64,000 nt of DNA from a bacterium (GCA_963676395.1 OY781066.1:1600001-1664000); one strand, 5' to 3'; shown: positions 1-10,040, numbered from the stretch's first letter. Numbers and translations: made by a program. Notes: generated by a model not told the origin, from the letters alone.

Positions 1-1999
1 TGTTGGCTGTTGCCGGCGTTGCCGAAATGGCATCGGGGCGAGCATTACCGGTAGAAACAATCGTATAACTGAAATTTTTCAGTTCAACAGTTGAGTAGTA
101 AAGGTCAACTTCACCGACCAACTTAACCTTTGTGCCTTTTGTCAAGTCAGCTAATAATTCGTAGTTGTATAGATTTAAACCACGACCTGATTCATCTTGA
201 ATGTAGCAAGAGGTCATATCGTTGCGAAGAACGCCGGCGCCGATGGTGATAATACCTTCGATGGTTTTTGTTTGGCCGTCCCATGCAGTAATATTGGTAT
301 GGATGTCGGCGATATTTGTGACCGTACCTGCTACAAGCATAGTTTTAAGCGCAGAATTAACGGTTTCACCGTTTCCTGTAGCTGCTACATAATATTCAAG
401 TTCGATGTCACCTGTACTCAATGCGGGGATATTACCGGCATAAGTATTGCCATTATCTAACCACATGTCAGCTTCGTTTGTCTGAGTTCCGCCGGTACCA
501 TAAAACACTTTAACGGTGCTGGGTGCGGGAACACCGGTGTCGGGAGTGATATCAATGGTGATACCAATTTCTGAACCGGCTTGTGGGAAAGCTGTTGTAA
601 CGGTTGCATTTGCAAAGTTATAAGCAACAGGGCCCGCTGTATGTGAACCAAGATTGCTTGTTACATCGATGTCGTAAACGATCCATTCAGAATTTTCTTC
701 CGTTGTACCGGCTGAAGAAGCCCAATCTGAGTTACCGGCTTCTACAGAAGCTTTACGAACCAAGGTGTGATTTACTGCAGCGCCTGTAACTCCGGCTGCA
801 TCAAAGTTGGCATCGGAATTCGGATCGCCGATCACATCAACCAATACATCGTTTAAAAATAGACCTAAAGCATCGTTTCCGTTAAACCAGGTAATGTCGC
901 TGGTAACATCAGAATTACCTGTAATGTTTGCATCGCTGGCACCATCATTGGTGATCACGTAAACATCATTACCGGCAAGCGTACCGCTAAGAACAAGCTC
1001 TGAACCTGATCCCCAGCCGCCACCATTTGATGCGCGAACGACTTTATAATCACCAAGATTAACTGAGTTTTCATCTAAGTTGTAAATTTCAACCGCTTTA
1101 TTGCTTGATGAACCTTCAATATATTCAGAAAAGATCAGCTTAGTTTCTTGTACTTCGCGAACTGCGATAACAACTGTATCTCTTGAGATTTCGCCCAAAC
1201 TGTCAGTTACGATCAATTCAAAATGAAAGTCTTGAACAGTGGCCGGGGCTGTAAATGTTGCTATGGCTGTATTTGCATTGCTTAGAGTTGGTGAAATTTG
1301 AGTTCCCCAAGACATGGCCCATTGATAAGCAGCAATATTGTCATTAGGGTCTGTAGAGCCTGAACCGTCTAAGGTGACAGTTTCATTTACAAAAACCAAT
1401 TGGTCTGCACCTGCATCAGCTACAGGAGGATAGTTTGTTCCAGCAGCTAATACCTGGCCCGTATTGATGGCGCCGGGTGAGTTAGCAGTTGCTGCCCATG
1501 GAGAACCATCTAAACCAATTCGGGATAATGATGTGTCGGCAGCACCAACCCATTTATCGTCTCTATCTACTGAAGCGATTTCCATTGGATTACCCGAAAG
1601 GTCATTTAATTCACCTTCGTAGGTAACGGCATCTACAACTGTACCGTCTACGGTAAGTTGAACGCCGTCAGGGGATCCATTTTGGATTAGGTTTTCTGCA
1701 GGAGTTACTGTCATGTCAACATTTGTGACACCGGCAACGCCAATAACATAAAAACCATATCCGTCAGCTTCGTTTGTTAGTGTAATATTACCTACGGTAA
1801 TGGTCTTGTATGAAGCACCATCATTACCATTGACCAAATCAATGACAACGTTGTTGTAGGTTCCGGCAGTACCTGCCAGTTCAATAAACTCAGCGGCATC
1901 TGTGCCGGGCTGATCGTAATCAATCTCGTTGATGAACAATTGTCCATACGCTGCTACAGACAGTACGAGTAGCATGAGAATTACAAGGTTCCGTTTCAT
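1..1999 (-). CDS. Secreted lamin-tail-domain (LTD) protein with PKD/Ig-like and OB-fold-like regions; runs off the window start
   Basis: Absent from the ORF track because its stop lies outside the window. Manual translation from ATG 1999 (SD GGAGG): MKRNLVILMLLVLSVAAYGQLFINEIDYDQPGTDAAEFIEL..., PPVADAGADQ..VTLDGSGSTD (PKD-like), LIFSEYIEGSSSNKAVEIYN (second LTD), YIQDESGRG (OB-like). Confidence 0.8.
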   Translation of the reverse strand, partial: MKRNLVILMLLVLSVAAYGQLFINEIDYDQPGTDAAEFIELAGTAGTYNNVVIDLVNGNDGASYKTITVGNITLTNEADGYGFYVIGVAGVTNVDMTVTPAENLIQNGSPDGVQLTVDGTVVDAVTYEGELNDLSGNPMEIASVDRDDKWVGAADTSLSRIGLDGSPWAATANSPGAINTGQVLAAGTNYPPVADAGADQLVFVNETVTLDGSGSTDPNDNIAAYQWAMSWGTQISPTLSNANTAIATFTAPATVQDFHFELIVTDSLGEISRDTVVIAVREVQETKLIFSEYIEGSSSNKAVEIYNLDENSVNLGDYKVVRASNGGGWGSGSELVLSGTLAGNDVYVITNDGASDANITGNSDVTSDITWFNGNDALGLFLNDVLVDVIGDPNSDANFDAAGVTGAAVNHTLVRKASVEAGNSDWASSAGTTEENSEWIVYDIDVTSNLGSHTAGPVAYNFANATVTTAFPQAGSEIGITIDITPDTGVPAPSTVKVFYGTGGTQTNEADMWLDNGNTYAGNIPALSTGDIELEYYVAATGNGETVNSALKTMLVAGTVTNIADIHTNITAWDGQTKTIEGIITIGAGVLRNDMTSCYIQDESGRGLNLYNYELLADLTKGTKVKLVGEVDLYYSTVELKNFSYTIVSTGNARPDAISATPATAN

Positions 2000-2270
2000 T
2001 TAAATTCCTCCATTAAATTATTTTAGTTTTTTTCTGCCAATTGATTAAAATACAAGATTTTAGCTCGCAAAGAAATAAATTTATTATATAATTAAAGTAT
2101 ATTGTATAAAAAGCTGTATGGCATAATAAATTACAATTGTTCGATGATGTATCGAGAAGATATTAAAATAGTCGAAAAGTTGGTAAAAAGAGAGTTGAAA
2201 AATCGATATTATTGATTCCAGCATCCCCATCACAGGTCACAGATCACCGACAAATAATTACAGAAAATAT

Positions 2271-2298
2271 AAAAGCCCACTCGAATGAGCGGGCTTTT
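2271..2298 (-). terminator. Intrinsic terminator downstream of hup (bidirectional-type)
   Basis: AAAAGCCCACTC-GAAT-GAGCGGGCTTTT hairpin with A/T tails. Confidence 0.75.
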
Positions 2299-2323
2299 AA
2301 AGTTCTATGTCTTAAAAAAACTA

Positions 2324-2596
2324 TTAGTTTACAGCTTCTTTAAGTTTTTTAGCAGCTTTGAATTTTACATTCTTAGAAGCGGCGATTTTGATTTTTTCGC
2401 CTGTTTTAGGGTTAACACCGTCGCGAGCTGCGCGTTCGGCAACCTGAAAAGTACCCAAACCTGCTACAGCAAATTTTTCGCCTTTTTTGACTTCTGCTAA
2501 TAGTGTTTCAACAAATGCATCAACAACTTTTTCAGCTTCAACTTTTTTAATGTCGGCGGCATCAGCCAATACTTTCAACAGTTCATCTTTTTTCAT
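2324..2596 (-). CDS. hup: HU family DNA-binding protein
   Basis: 90 aa; GLGTF..ERAARDGVNPKTGEKIKIAA..VKFKAAKKLKEAV signature. Confidence 0.95.
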   Translation of the reverse strand: MKKDELLKVLADAADIKKVEAEKVVDAFVETLLAEVKKGEKFAVAGLGTFQVAERAARDGVNPKTGEKIKIAASKNVKFKAAKKLKEAVN

Positions 2597-2731
2597 TTTT
2601 TTCTCCTTACTTGTTAGTAAAATAGACTGTGTTTTTTTCTTTTAACAAGAAAAAATAAACATTAAATCCACGTAAACAAAGGAAATTTTAATTCTTTGCT
2701 ATAAGATAAGCAAATACATACATTATGTTGC

Positions 2732-3580
2732 ATGCAAGAAACCAAGCCCAAAATCTCAGTGATTATTCCGGTTTTTAATCGAGAAAAAACCATTTCTCGG
2801 GCCATTGATTCTGTGCTTTCACAAACTTATCCGGCCTATGAAATTATTGTGATCGATGATGCTTCGAGTGATAAAACTGCAAAAATTTTGCAGACCTATA
2901 TTCATGAAATTAAGATAATTAGCTTAAATTTAAATTCCGGTGTTTCTGCGGCCCGGAATCAAGGGATCGCTATAGCCAAAGGGGATTGGATCGCATTTTT
3001 AGACTCAGATGACGAGTGGTTTAAAAATAAGTTAGAGCTTCAGGTAGAGTACCTAAAAAAACATCCTGAAATTGTCATTTTGCAGAGTGATGAGCAATGG
3101 ATCAGGTATGAAAAAAAAGTGAATCCACCGCGAAAATATGTCAAAAAAGGCGGCGAAATTTTCAAAAATTGTCTCAAAACTTGTATTGTTGGACCCTCTA
3201 CGATCTTGATAAAGAAGTCTATTTTTAATGAGGTCGGAGTCTTTGATGAAAGCTTACCGGTTTGCGAAGATTATGATCTTTGGTTGCGTATTTCGGCAAA
3301 ATATACCATTCCTTTGATCGACAAAAAATTGATCAATAAATACGGCGGTCATAGCGATCAGCTTTCAACCACCGTTCCCGCTTTGGATAGGTACCGGGTA
3401 CAATCTTTGGAAAAGATTTATTATTCCCTTGATCTTAATCCGGATCAGAAAAAAGCGCTTTTGGATGAATTGGTATTAAAGTTGGGGTATCTGTATGAAG
3501 GGGCCAAAAGGAGAGGTGAGGGCGATGCGTTTTATAAAACAAAGTTTGAGAAATTTCAAACCATTCGAATGAGTGAATGA
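2732..3580 (+). CDS. Glycosyltransferase family 2
   Basis: ISVIIPVFNRE, IIVIDDASSD, ARNQGI, AFLDSDD and EDYDLWLR motifs. Confidence 0.92.
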   Translation: MQETKPKISVIIPVFNREKTISRAIDSVLSQTYPAYEIIVIDDASSDKTAKILQTYIHEIKIISLNLNSGVSAARNQGIAIAKGDWIAFLDSDDEWFKNKLELQVEYLKKHPEIVILQSDEQWIRYEKKVNPPRKYVKKGGEIFKNCLKTCIVGPSTILIKKSIFNEVGVFDESLPVCEDYDLWLRISAKYTIPLIDKKLINKYGGHSDQLSTTVPALDRYRVQSLEKIYYSLDLNPDQKKALLDELVLKLGYLYEGAKRRGEGDAFYKTKFEKFQTIRMSE

Positions 3581-3658
3581 TCGATAAAATTTATTAATTT
3601 AGAATTAAGAGATATATTTATATCTCAGATCAATGGTCACAGTTCATTGATGACCCAC

Positions 3659-4531
3659 TCAGATCAATCCAAAAAATTCACATACCCAATAGGCTAGATG
3701 AAAATCAAAGTCTGTGGTGTAAATGGCCTTTTTGCCACCCTGTTTGATGCTTTCCCCGGGATTTACAGGTATTTTGTGTTTCATACCTTCAATATCCAAT
3801 TTAATGAGAAAATGATGAGGATCATTTTTATAATGAGTTAGCTGCAGTTGTGGGAGATTTCTATAATTTTTTTCTATCACGCGTTGCGAAGGCTCAAATT
3901 CAAGGAAATTTTCCCATTGCTCAAATACTTTTTGTGCATGATGTGGTGGAACGGTGGGATCTTTTGTTCCTTGGATGATTGCAATACGTGGCTTAATATC
4001 TCTGTTGGGATTTATCCCTTCGTGCAATTGAGAGGGAGGAGCCAACATGGCCCCGGCAGCAAAGATGTCAGGGTATGCATTTAGCATAACATTTGTCATG
4101 GCGGCGCCGGCCGAAAAGCCCCAAATAAATATTTTATCTTTATTTATGGGATAATGTTCTATGCAATAGTCGATCATTTGCTTGACTGAGGCCGTTTCAC
4201 CCTGTCCTTTTTTCATTTTATTGGGACTGTAAAAAGTAAAGGCCGTTAAGAGGTTGTTATATAGAGGTTGATCCGGATAGCATATGACAAATCCTAAAGA
4301 ATCTGCCAATTTATTGATCCCGCAGCTGTTGCTCAATGCTTTGGCAGAGAGCCAACTGCCATGTAAGGTTACAATTAAGGGCAATTCTGCCTGCGTTTTG
4401 GCTTTCTTGGGAAGATAAAGGAACATGCGCAAATGCCCGGGGTTTTCACCGAAATCAGATATTCTTTCCAAGGGGACAGCCCAAAGAATTGATATACTTA
4501 TCATGAGGACGATAAAGCTTTTTTTAAACAT
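3659..4531 (-). CDS. Secreted PHB-depolymerase/LpqC-family esterase (alpha/beta hydrolase)
   Basis: Signal peptide; FGENPGHLRMFLY, VTLHG, GFSAG nucleophile elbow, IQGTKDPTV. Confidence 0.85.
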   Translation of the reverse strand: MFKKSFIVLMISISILWAVPLERISDFGENPGHLRMFLYLPKKAKTQAELPLIVTLHGSWLSAKALSNSCGINKLADSLGFVICYPDQPLYNNLLTAFTFYSPNKMKKGQGETASVKQMIDYCIEHYPINKDKIFIWGFSAGAAMTNVMLNAYPDIFAAGAMLAPPSQLHEGINPNRDIKPRIAIIQGTKDPTVPPHHAQKVFEQWENFLEFEPSQRVIEKNYRNLPQLQLTHYKNDPHHFLIKLDIEGMKHKIPVNPGESIKQGGKKAIYTTDFDFHLAYWVCEFFGLI

Positions 4532-4544
4532 ACTTAACCAATGT

Positions 4545-4907
4545 TTAAAGAACCAAAATGAAAGATAACGCCGACAATAAAGGAGTCATGATAATGAATA
4601 AAATATGTAAGTTGCGAATGAGATGTGAATATTGTTTTTTTGGGGTTTGGATGATCCCGGTGATATTTGACATTATAATAAATACCAGAGCCGTAATAAA
4701 GGTTATGCAAGGTAAGAATGTCGGTTTATCGTGAATACTTGTACAAACAAAAACGATAAATAGGATGGCATAACTTAATGAGGATAATTTATGCATGGTG
4801 AAGGTGAAAAAAACGTAGGGTTTTTTTTGTTTGCTTAGAATGATACCCAAGATACCGGTAAGCAAATAGAGGAGACCCATACTTGCAAGTTTTAATGTTT
4901 CTGACAT
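4545..4907 (-). CDS. Small 4-TM membrane protein, paralog of 5366..5728
   Basis: Four hydrophobic segments; GIILSKQKKPY..MHKL and ITG..LH align with the neighbour. Confidence 0.7.
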   Translation of the reverse strand: MSETLKLASMGLLYLLTGILGIILSKQKKPYVFFTFTMHKLSSLSYAILFIVFVCTSIHDKPTFLPCITFITALVFIIMSNITGIIQTPKKQYSHLIRNLHILFIIMTPLLSALSFILVL

Positions 4908-5090
4908 TTTGAAACCCTTAATAAAGTCAAAAATATAATTATCAATAACAATGTAATATAAAAACCTTTGCTTGTCAATTGTAAAAAAAATAAAATGTTT
5001 TTTTAGCTATTCTTTATTTTTGATATGAGCCGATTCAGTAGCTGTTTTGAGCAAAGCGACTAGAAAAGAAAAAGATATTGCTTATGACGT

Positions 5091-5169
5091 GGGTTTAGTT
5101 GCCGAAGTGCCATCACCTATCTTATGAGATGCAGGCTAATGATGTTCTTATTAAAGGGAACTATTGCCT
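5091..5169 (+). ncRNA. Possible Na+-I (DUF1646-type) riboswitch-like element with overlapping alternative hairpin
   Basis: GGGTTTAGTTGCCGAAGTGC-hairpin-GCAGGCTAATGAT resembles my recollection of the motif consensus. The 3' half can instead pair with GGGAACTATTGCCT. Not checked with a covariance model. Confidence 0.35.
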
Positions 5170-5322
5170 ATTTATCCTTATAAAGACCTTTTTGTGGGAG
5201 ATTTTTACTATTTTGCAAATCATGTAGAATTTAAATCAAAATATCTGTTTGTTGCTTGTGGTGTGGGTGGAGTTCAGGTATTTCATTTCGAAAAGAAATA
5301 AACGAAACGCAGTTCATTTATG

Positions 5323-5352
5323 AAAAGAGGAGTGATTTATCACTCCTCTTTT
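5323..5352 (-). terminator. Bidirectional intrinsic terminator
   Basis: AAAAGAGGAGTGAT-TT-ATCACTCCTCTTTT perfect inverted repeat. Confidence 0.8.
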
Positions 5353-5365
5353 ATTTTAAGATCAT

Positions 5366-5728
5366 TTATTTAAACAGTAGAAAGGTCAGGATCAATAATG
5401 GGATTGTCGTATATGTAGCAATATCATGCAAAATAAGAATGATCTTGGGGCCTTCTTTGTTTCCACTTAACATACTGCCTGTTACGAATAAAGATATGAA
5501 TAAGATAAAGCTTATAGCCAGGCTGACGATCGCCATAACGCTAATGCTGCTTTCGATCAAGGCGTTCCTAACCAGCATTATGGTCACAATAATTACGACC
5601 AAGGCCAATAGCTTGTGAGCAACAGAAAGGAGTTGGTTAAACGGACGTCCTTTCTTATGCAAAATGATTCCACTGACGATAGCAAATAGATAAAAAACCG
5701 CTACCATGATAATTTGTACTGTGCTCAT
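5366..5728 (-). CDS. Small 4-TM membrane protein
   Basis: Hydrophobic; GIILHKKGRPF..AHKL, VTG..LH. Confidence 0.75.
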   Translation of the reverse strand: MSTVQIIMVAVFYLFAIVSGIILHKKGRPFNQLLSVAHKLLALVVIIVTIMLVRNALIESSISVMAIVSLAISFILFISLFVTGSMLSGNKEGPKIILILHDIATYTTIPLLILTFLLFK

Positions 5729-5927
5729 CGTGTTTCCTATGTTAATTGTTTATGTATGATACAAAGTTGTTTAAGGTGATCGTAATATTTAGAATGTTTT
5801 CAATTGTTACGATTTTGGGCTTGTCTTTTGGGGCATGGGTGATATCCTGAATTTCTATATTTTCAAGAGATCACCGAGGTGAAACCGCTATAGCCGACAC
5901 AGCAAATCGTAGAAAAACGATCTGTTG

Positions 5928-6434
5928 CTATTCTATGATAGTATCCAACTTGTCAATATAGGAGATAGCCCATTGACGGATAGCGTCCCAATTTCTAAGA
6001 TCTTGGGGTGTATCTTTTTTTACGCCAAAAAGCAAACGAGGAATTGTACCGAATGCATCCTCGATTTTGCCGTCGAATTTTCCGATCATCATAGGTTTAA
6101 CCACTTTTATGGCTTTGTTAAGACTGTTATTGATCATTCGTTTCCACATTTTGGAACCGCTATTCATAAGATAAGATACAAGGTAATATGAAGTTGGTAC
6201 TTGCTTTAAGTACTTTTTGTTTTTTTCTACAAAATCATAGGCTTCGGGTAGCCACTGCATACCGTTAATGGGTGAGCCGATCAAAACTGCATTGTAAGCA
6301 TCGAGTGATTCAACATTCGACATGCCGATGACTTTTACTTCCCATCCTTTTTCTCTCGCGATCTTAGCGATCTCTATGGCAATTTCTTTTGTCGTGTTCG
6401 TCTTGGTCACATAGGCAATACACAAGTTTTTCAT
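5928..6434 (-). CDS. Flavodoxin-domain protein (Flavodoxin_5/HemG-like)
   Basis: Likely start ATG 6434 (MKNLCIAYVTKTNTTKEIA, SD GAGG); AVLIGSPING, DLRNWDAIRQWA. Confidence 0.85.
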   Translation of the reverse strand: MKNLCIAYVTKTNTTKEIAIEIAKIAREKGWEVKVIGMSNVESLDAYNAVLIGSPINGMQWLPEAYDFVEKNKKYLKQVPTSYYLVSYLMNSGSKMWKRMINNSLNKAIKVVKPMMIGKFDGKIEDAFGTIPRLLFGVKKDTPQDLRNWDAIRQWAISYIDKLDTIIE

Positions 6435-7173
6435 AATAGCCTCATTTGGTGGTGAGAAACTTCCCTTATTTTGTTTTCCCCTGTGAGTTTTAAAGTAAGG
6501 ATGATGAATGAGAATGACAAATGAAAATATTATCATGTTGAAAGCCGCAAATAGATCCATGAATTATGCAGAATGCAGAGAAGATAAGGCGAATATAAAT
6601 ATATTATATTAAATGATATCTATGGAGTTTAGTAAATGCACTTGAATGTTTTGTTTAGTTTTGTGTTTTAAAAGACAGGTGCAAAATGAAATATTAAATG
6701 TTAAAACGGAAATGAACAAAGAGTTATCAAAAAATACATTTCTTGATTCTTGTCGTGTTCATGGTTTGAAATTAGGCTGACAGTTTGCTTGAAGTAAAGA
6801 TTGGGATCGTGATTTTAGTCTATGTGACGCTTGAGAGATATTTTACTCTTATGATAATTTTTAATTTGTTGTTACTGCGTTAGTTGGATAATGTAGCCCT
6901 CAATGAAAGTGGCTTAGCTATAATGTATGGAATAGTAATACGGTTAATGTTACCACGAACTGGAATCTTTATATGATCTCTATCATGCAGGAACAAAGTG
7001 ATACCATAATCTCTAGCGATTGATTCATTCGGGAAAGCGATAAAATAATATAATAGAATAAATTACCCGTAATCAATGATCACTGATAGTATGATATAAA
7101 TCGAATATTGGAAAATTGTTAAATTGATATTTTCAATTTAACCGTTCAATTTCTGAGAATTATTTTTTGGATA

Positions 7174-7524
7174 TTATAGTCCGCTACCCACCATTTCCAG
7201 CTCATAAGTATGGTTGGGCTTATATTTCATAGCCCATAAGAAGGGAGCCCAAACAATAAAACCAGCGACAATAGCGCCAAATTCAGGAGCTTCATCACGG
7301 GAAAAGGATGTATAAAGTGTTTTATATCCTTCTTTTTCAATTTTAAGATGGTTGGTTGAAAAAATAATCTTTGAGTCTTCGTACATCAAAGGTGTTTTTC
7401 CAATATATTCATCATTCAAGAATACTTTTGCCCCAGGAGGGTTACTTGTGATCTGAGTGGTTGATGAACAAGAGATAAGCAGTATGGAAACTGCCAGAAC
7501 GAGAGCTAAACTTCTTTTTAACAT
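7174..7524 (-). CDS. PEGA-domain lipoprotein
   Basis: Lipobox LISC; ITSNPPGAKVFLNDEYIGKTP..IEKEGY. Confidence 0.88.
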   Translation of the reverse strand: MLKRSLALVLAVSILLISCSSTTQITSNPPGAKVFLNDEYIGKTPLMYEDSKIIFSTNHLKIEKEGYKTLYTSFSRDEAPEFGAIVAGFIVWAPFLWAMKYKPNHTYELEMVGSGL

Positions 7525-7533
7525 AATACTCCT

Positions 7534-8355
7534 TTATATAAAGATTTCGGGTAATCGGGTTTTGGAAGATTGTGAATTAAGGACTGATTTTACAAGTGGT
7601 GCCATTTTTAATTTAATGTTGCGAGCATCGAGTTTGCATGCTCTAACGCATGAGAAACAATGTATACATTTATTTTTATCAATATCCAATGTCTTACTGT
7701 CAATGGCTCCCGTAGGACACATTTTTGCACATTGTTTGCATTGATTGCAATGCTTGTGATTGACTTTAGGGTATTGTGCAAAGAATTTTGACGAGTTGCC
7801 CGGTAAAACCTTAGCCATAAAGGGTAACTCACTGGGGAGTTTTTCTTCTTTATAATTAAGGATATCATCTATACCATCGAGCTTATTAATGATTTTTTTC
7901 CCGAATTCGTGTGCATGATAAATATCTATCATATCCGGCCTGTTTACAGCGATAGGCAGTTGTTCGTGCGAAAATGAGTGTTCACCGATAAATGCAGCTC
8001 CTGCAACGACAATAAAACCGGCCTTATGTGCCCAGTCCTGCATTTCTTTTAGACAAAGTCCGTAACCGATATTTCCATAAACGGCAACTAATACGATTGG
8101 CTGACCGTTGCCTTTCAGGTTTTCTAGAGAGGTTTTTATTAAGCCGGGAATACGCTCTTCGTAAACGGGAACAGTCAGGATAAATAACTCATCTTTGCGA
8201 TTACTGTGGTATTCAAAATGTTTGCGGTTAACAGGATGTGTAAGATCGAAAGTTTGATCTTCTTCGCATTTGATATTATTGCTGATGCCGAATGCAATTT
8301 TGCGGGACGTTCCGGTGGGGGAGAATAAGATGCGAGTAAGTTTATTAATTTGCAT
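7534..8355 (-). CDS. EFR1-family ferrodoxin (flavodoxin + 2x[4Fe-4S])
   Basis: FSPTGTS N-terminus; CNQCKQCAKMCP and CIHCFSCVRAC. Confidence 0.9.
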   Translation of the reverse strand: MQINKLTRILFSPTGTSRKIAFGISNNIKCEEDQTFDLTHPVNRKHFEYHSNRKDELFILTVPVYEERIPGLIKTSLENLKGNGQPIVLVAVYGNIGYGLCLKEMQDWAHKAGFIVVAGAAFIGEHSFSHEQLPIAVNRPDMIDIYHAHEFGKKIINKLDGIDDILNYKEEKLPSELPFMAKVLPGNSSKFFAQYPKVNHKHCNQCKQCAKMCPTGAIDSKTLDIDKNKCIHCFSCVRACKLDARNIKLKMAPLVKSVLNSQSSKTRLPEIFI

Positions 8356-8557
8356 GTGTTGTTCCTGTTTCGCGAAGAACGATATTAAACAATTTTATTA
8401 ATAAAGAAAAATGAAAAAAGGGAAAAGTGGTGTGATGCAAATAACATGAGTAGATTGAACATCATTCTAGTTTTCTGTTTTTTGTCTTTTTGTAAAAAAT
8501 CCCCCCGAGAAACACCACATCAAATCGAGAGGATAAGTAAGAAATAGTGATATATAT

Positions 8558-9367
8558 TTATTTTAGCATCATAGTTGTAAGTGCGTCAATTCCACGATCA
8601 CCTAATAGTTTGCGTATATACACTAAAATGCTACCGGAACCCTTCATGTAACGAGTTTTAGGATTTTTGGCATTAAGGATTTTTACCATCACCTTCCCAA
8701 TGACCGAGACGTGCGAGGACTTAAAACGTCCCTGTGCTTTGCTCATATTTTTGACCATATCGGCGTAAGGACCATTTTGTGAGTTGGCAATGAGGTTTTC
8801 TTTCATGATATCGTTCCATGGAGTATCGATCGAACCCGGTTCAAGAATAACGACATGTATTCCGAAAGGTTTAACTTCATTGCGCAATACATCCGACCAA
8901 CCTTCAAGCGCATGTTTTGTGGCATGATACCAGGCTCCGAAAGGCGTATAGATCTTACCACCAATAGAGGATGTGTTAATGATGAGTCCTGATTTTTGCT
9001 TGCGCATAATAGGGAGGACTTTTTTTGTAATCGCGGCCAAGCCGAAAATATTTACTTCGAACTGATATTTCGCGCGTTCGATAGATACATCTTCAACTGC
9101 ACCGTATTCACCGTAGCCGGCATTGTTAAAAAGAACATCTATTCGATTTTGTTCTTTGAAAATTTGTTTAACACAGGTCTCGATGGAATCTTGATCGGTG
9201 ATATCAAGCTTAATGGCTTGGCCGCCCGCTTTAACAATATCATCCATTTTTTCTACGGATCGCGCAGCACCGTAAACAATATGTCCCAAGGCCAGATAGC
9301 GTAAAGCTGTATCTTTGCCTATTCCTGTTGAGGCCCCGGTGATCAATATAACTTTTGTAGTTTTCAT
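8558..9367 (-). CDS. Short-chain dehydrogenase/reductase
   Basis: TGASTGIG, NNAG, YHATK catalytic motif. Confidence 0.93.
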   Translation of the reverse strand: MKTTKVILITGASTGIGKDTALRYLALGHIVYGAARSVEKMDDIVKAGGQAIKLDITDQDSIETCVKQIFKEQNRIDVLFNNAGYGEYGAVEDVSIERAKYQFEVNIFGLAAITKKVLPIMRKQKSGLIINTSSIGGKIYTPFGAWYHATKHALEGWSDVLRNEVKPFGIHVVILEPGSIDTPWNDIMKENLIANSQNGPYADMVKNMSKAQGRFKSSHVSVIGKVMVKILNAKNPKTRYMKGSGSILVYIRKLLGDRGIDALTTMMLK

Positions 9368-9393
9368 GTTTTATTTCCTATTTTTTTTATTAA

Positions 9394-9417
9394 TTATAAT
9401 CGAATGTTCGTTTAATA
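9394..9417. promoter_or_regulatory. Probable TetR operator upstream of the SDR gene
   Basis: TTATAATCGAATGTTCGTTTAATA; exact reverse complement of 10017..10040; internally quasi-palindromic. Confidence 0.7.
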
Positions 9418-9434
9418 AACACTGTAAAAAAATA

Positions 9435-10007
9435 TTAATTCTTGATTGCATCCCATACCATATCATACAGATTATCAAGGGTATTTTTATTTAACCTAAT
9501 ACCGCTATCATGCATTTGTTTATATAAAAACATGCTGGGTGCCATAAATACAGAGGCTAAAATGGCAGGTCCTACCGGGCGTAAAACTCCCTCATTAATA
9601 CCTCGTTGTAAAGTATTGTATAAGGGTGCATATAGTTTGTCTACATCTTCTTTGATCCCAAAACTAAGTTGGGGAGAATTAACAAATTGTTCGGCGAAAA
9701 GAAAAATGACCGGTTCTTTTTTTGTAAAGGCATGAAAATTGTCAAAGATTTTTCGCGAAAGGTCTTTAATTGAGGCATTTAGATCAATGTCTTTAAGAAG
9801 TGCTGAAATAAATACTTCTTTAGAATAGAGATAGAGCTTGTTCAACATATCATCTTTATTCTCAAAATAGACATAGATGGTTGAAGGGGAGACTCCGGCT
9901 TTTTTTGCGATCTTTGACATCGGTGTGTTCGCAAGTCCGTTAGTATAAACCAGTTCGATAGCTGCGTGTGAAATGGCGTGTCGTTTGTTTTCGTCTTTTG
10001 TTCTCAT
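9435..10007 (-). CDS. TetR/AcrR family transcriptional regulator
   Basis: ATG 10007 (MRTKDENKR); HTH IAKKAGVSPSTIYVYFENKDDML. Confidence 0.93.
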   Translation of the reverse strand: MRTKDENKRHAISHAAIELVYTNGLANTPMSKIAKKAGVSPSTIYVYFENKDDMLNKLYLYSKEVFISALLKDIDLNASIKDLSRKIFDNFHAFTKKEPVIFLFAEQFVNSPQLSFGIKEDVDKLYAPLYNTLQRGINEGVLRPVGPAILASVFMAPSMFLYKQMHDSGIRLNKNTLDNLYDMVWDAIKN

Positions 10008-10016
10008 AGGCCCCAA

Positions 10017-10040
10017 TATTAAACGAACATTCGATTATAA
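10017..10040. promoter_or_regulatory. Probable TetR autoregulatory operator
   Basis: TATTAAACGAACATTCGATTATAA, about 10 nt upstream of the TetR start. Confidence 0.7.

Noticed and set aside
197..789. Short track ORFs at the window start
   Set aside because: Shadows or alternate frames of the long - strand LTD gene.
5821..5895. c-di-GMP-II riboswitch-like hairpin (GGGCA..stem..GGTGAAACCG)
   Set aside because: Only a partial resemblance, on the wrong strand for the adjacent gene, and the 5' elements were not found.
6561..7173. Long intergenic region as a hidden gene or ncRNA
   Set aside because: Only a ~60-codon start-less frame without motifs; no convincing structure seen.
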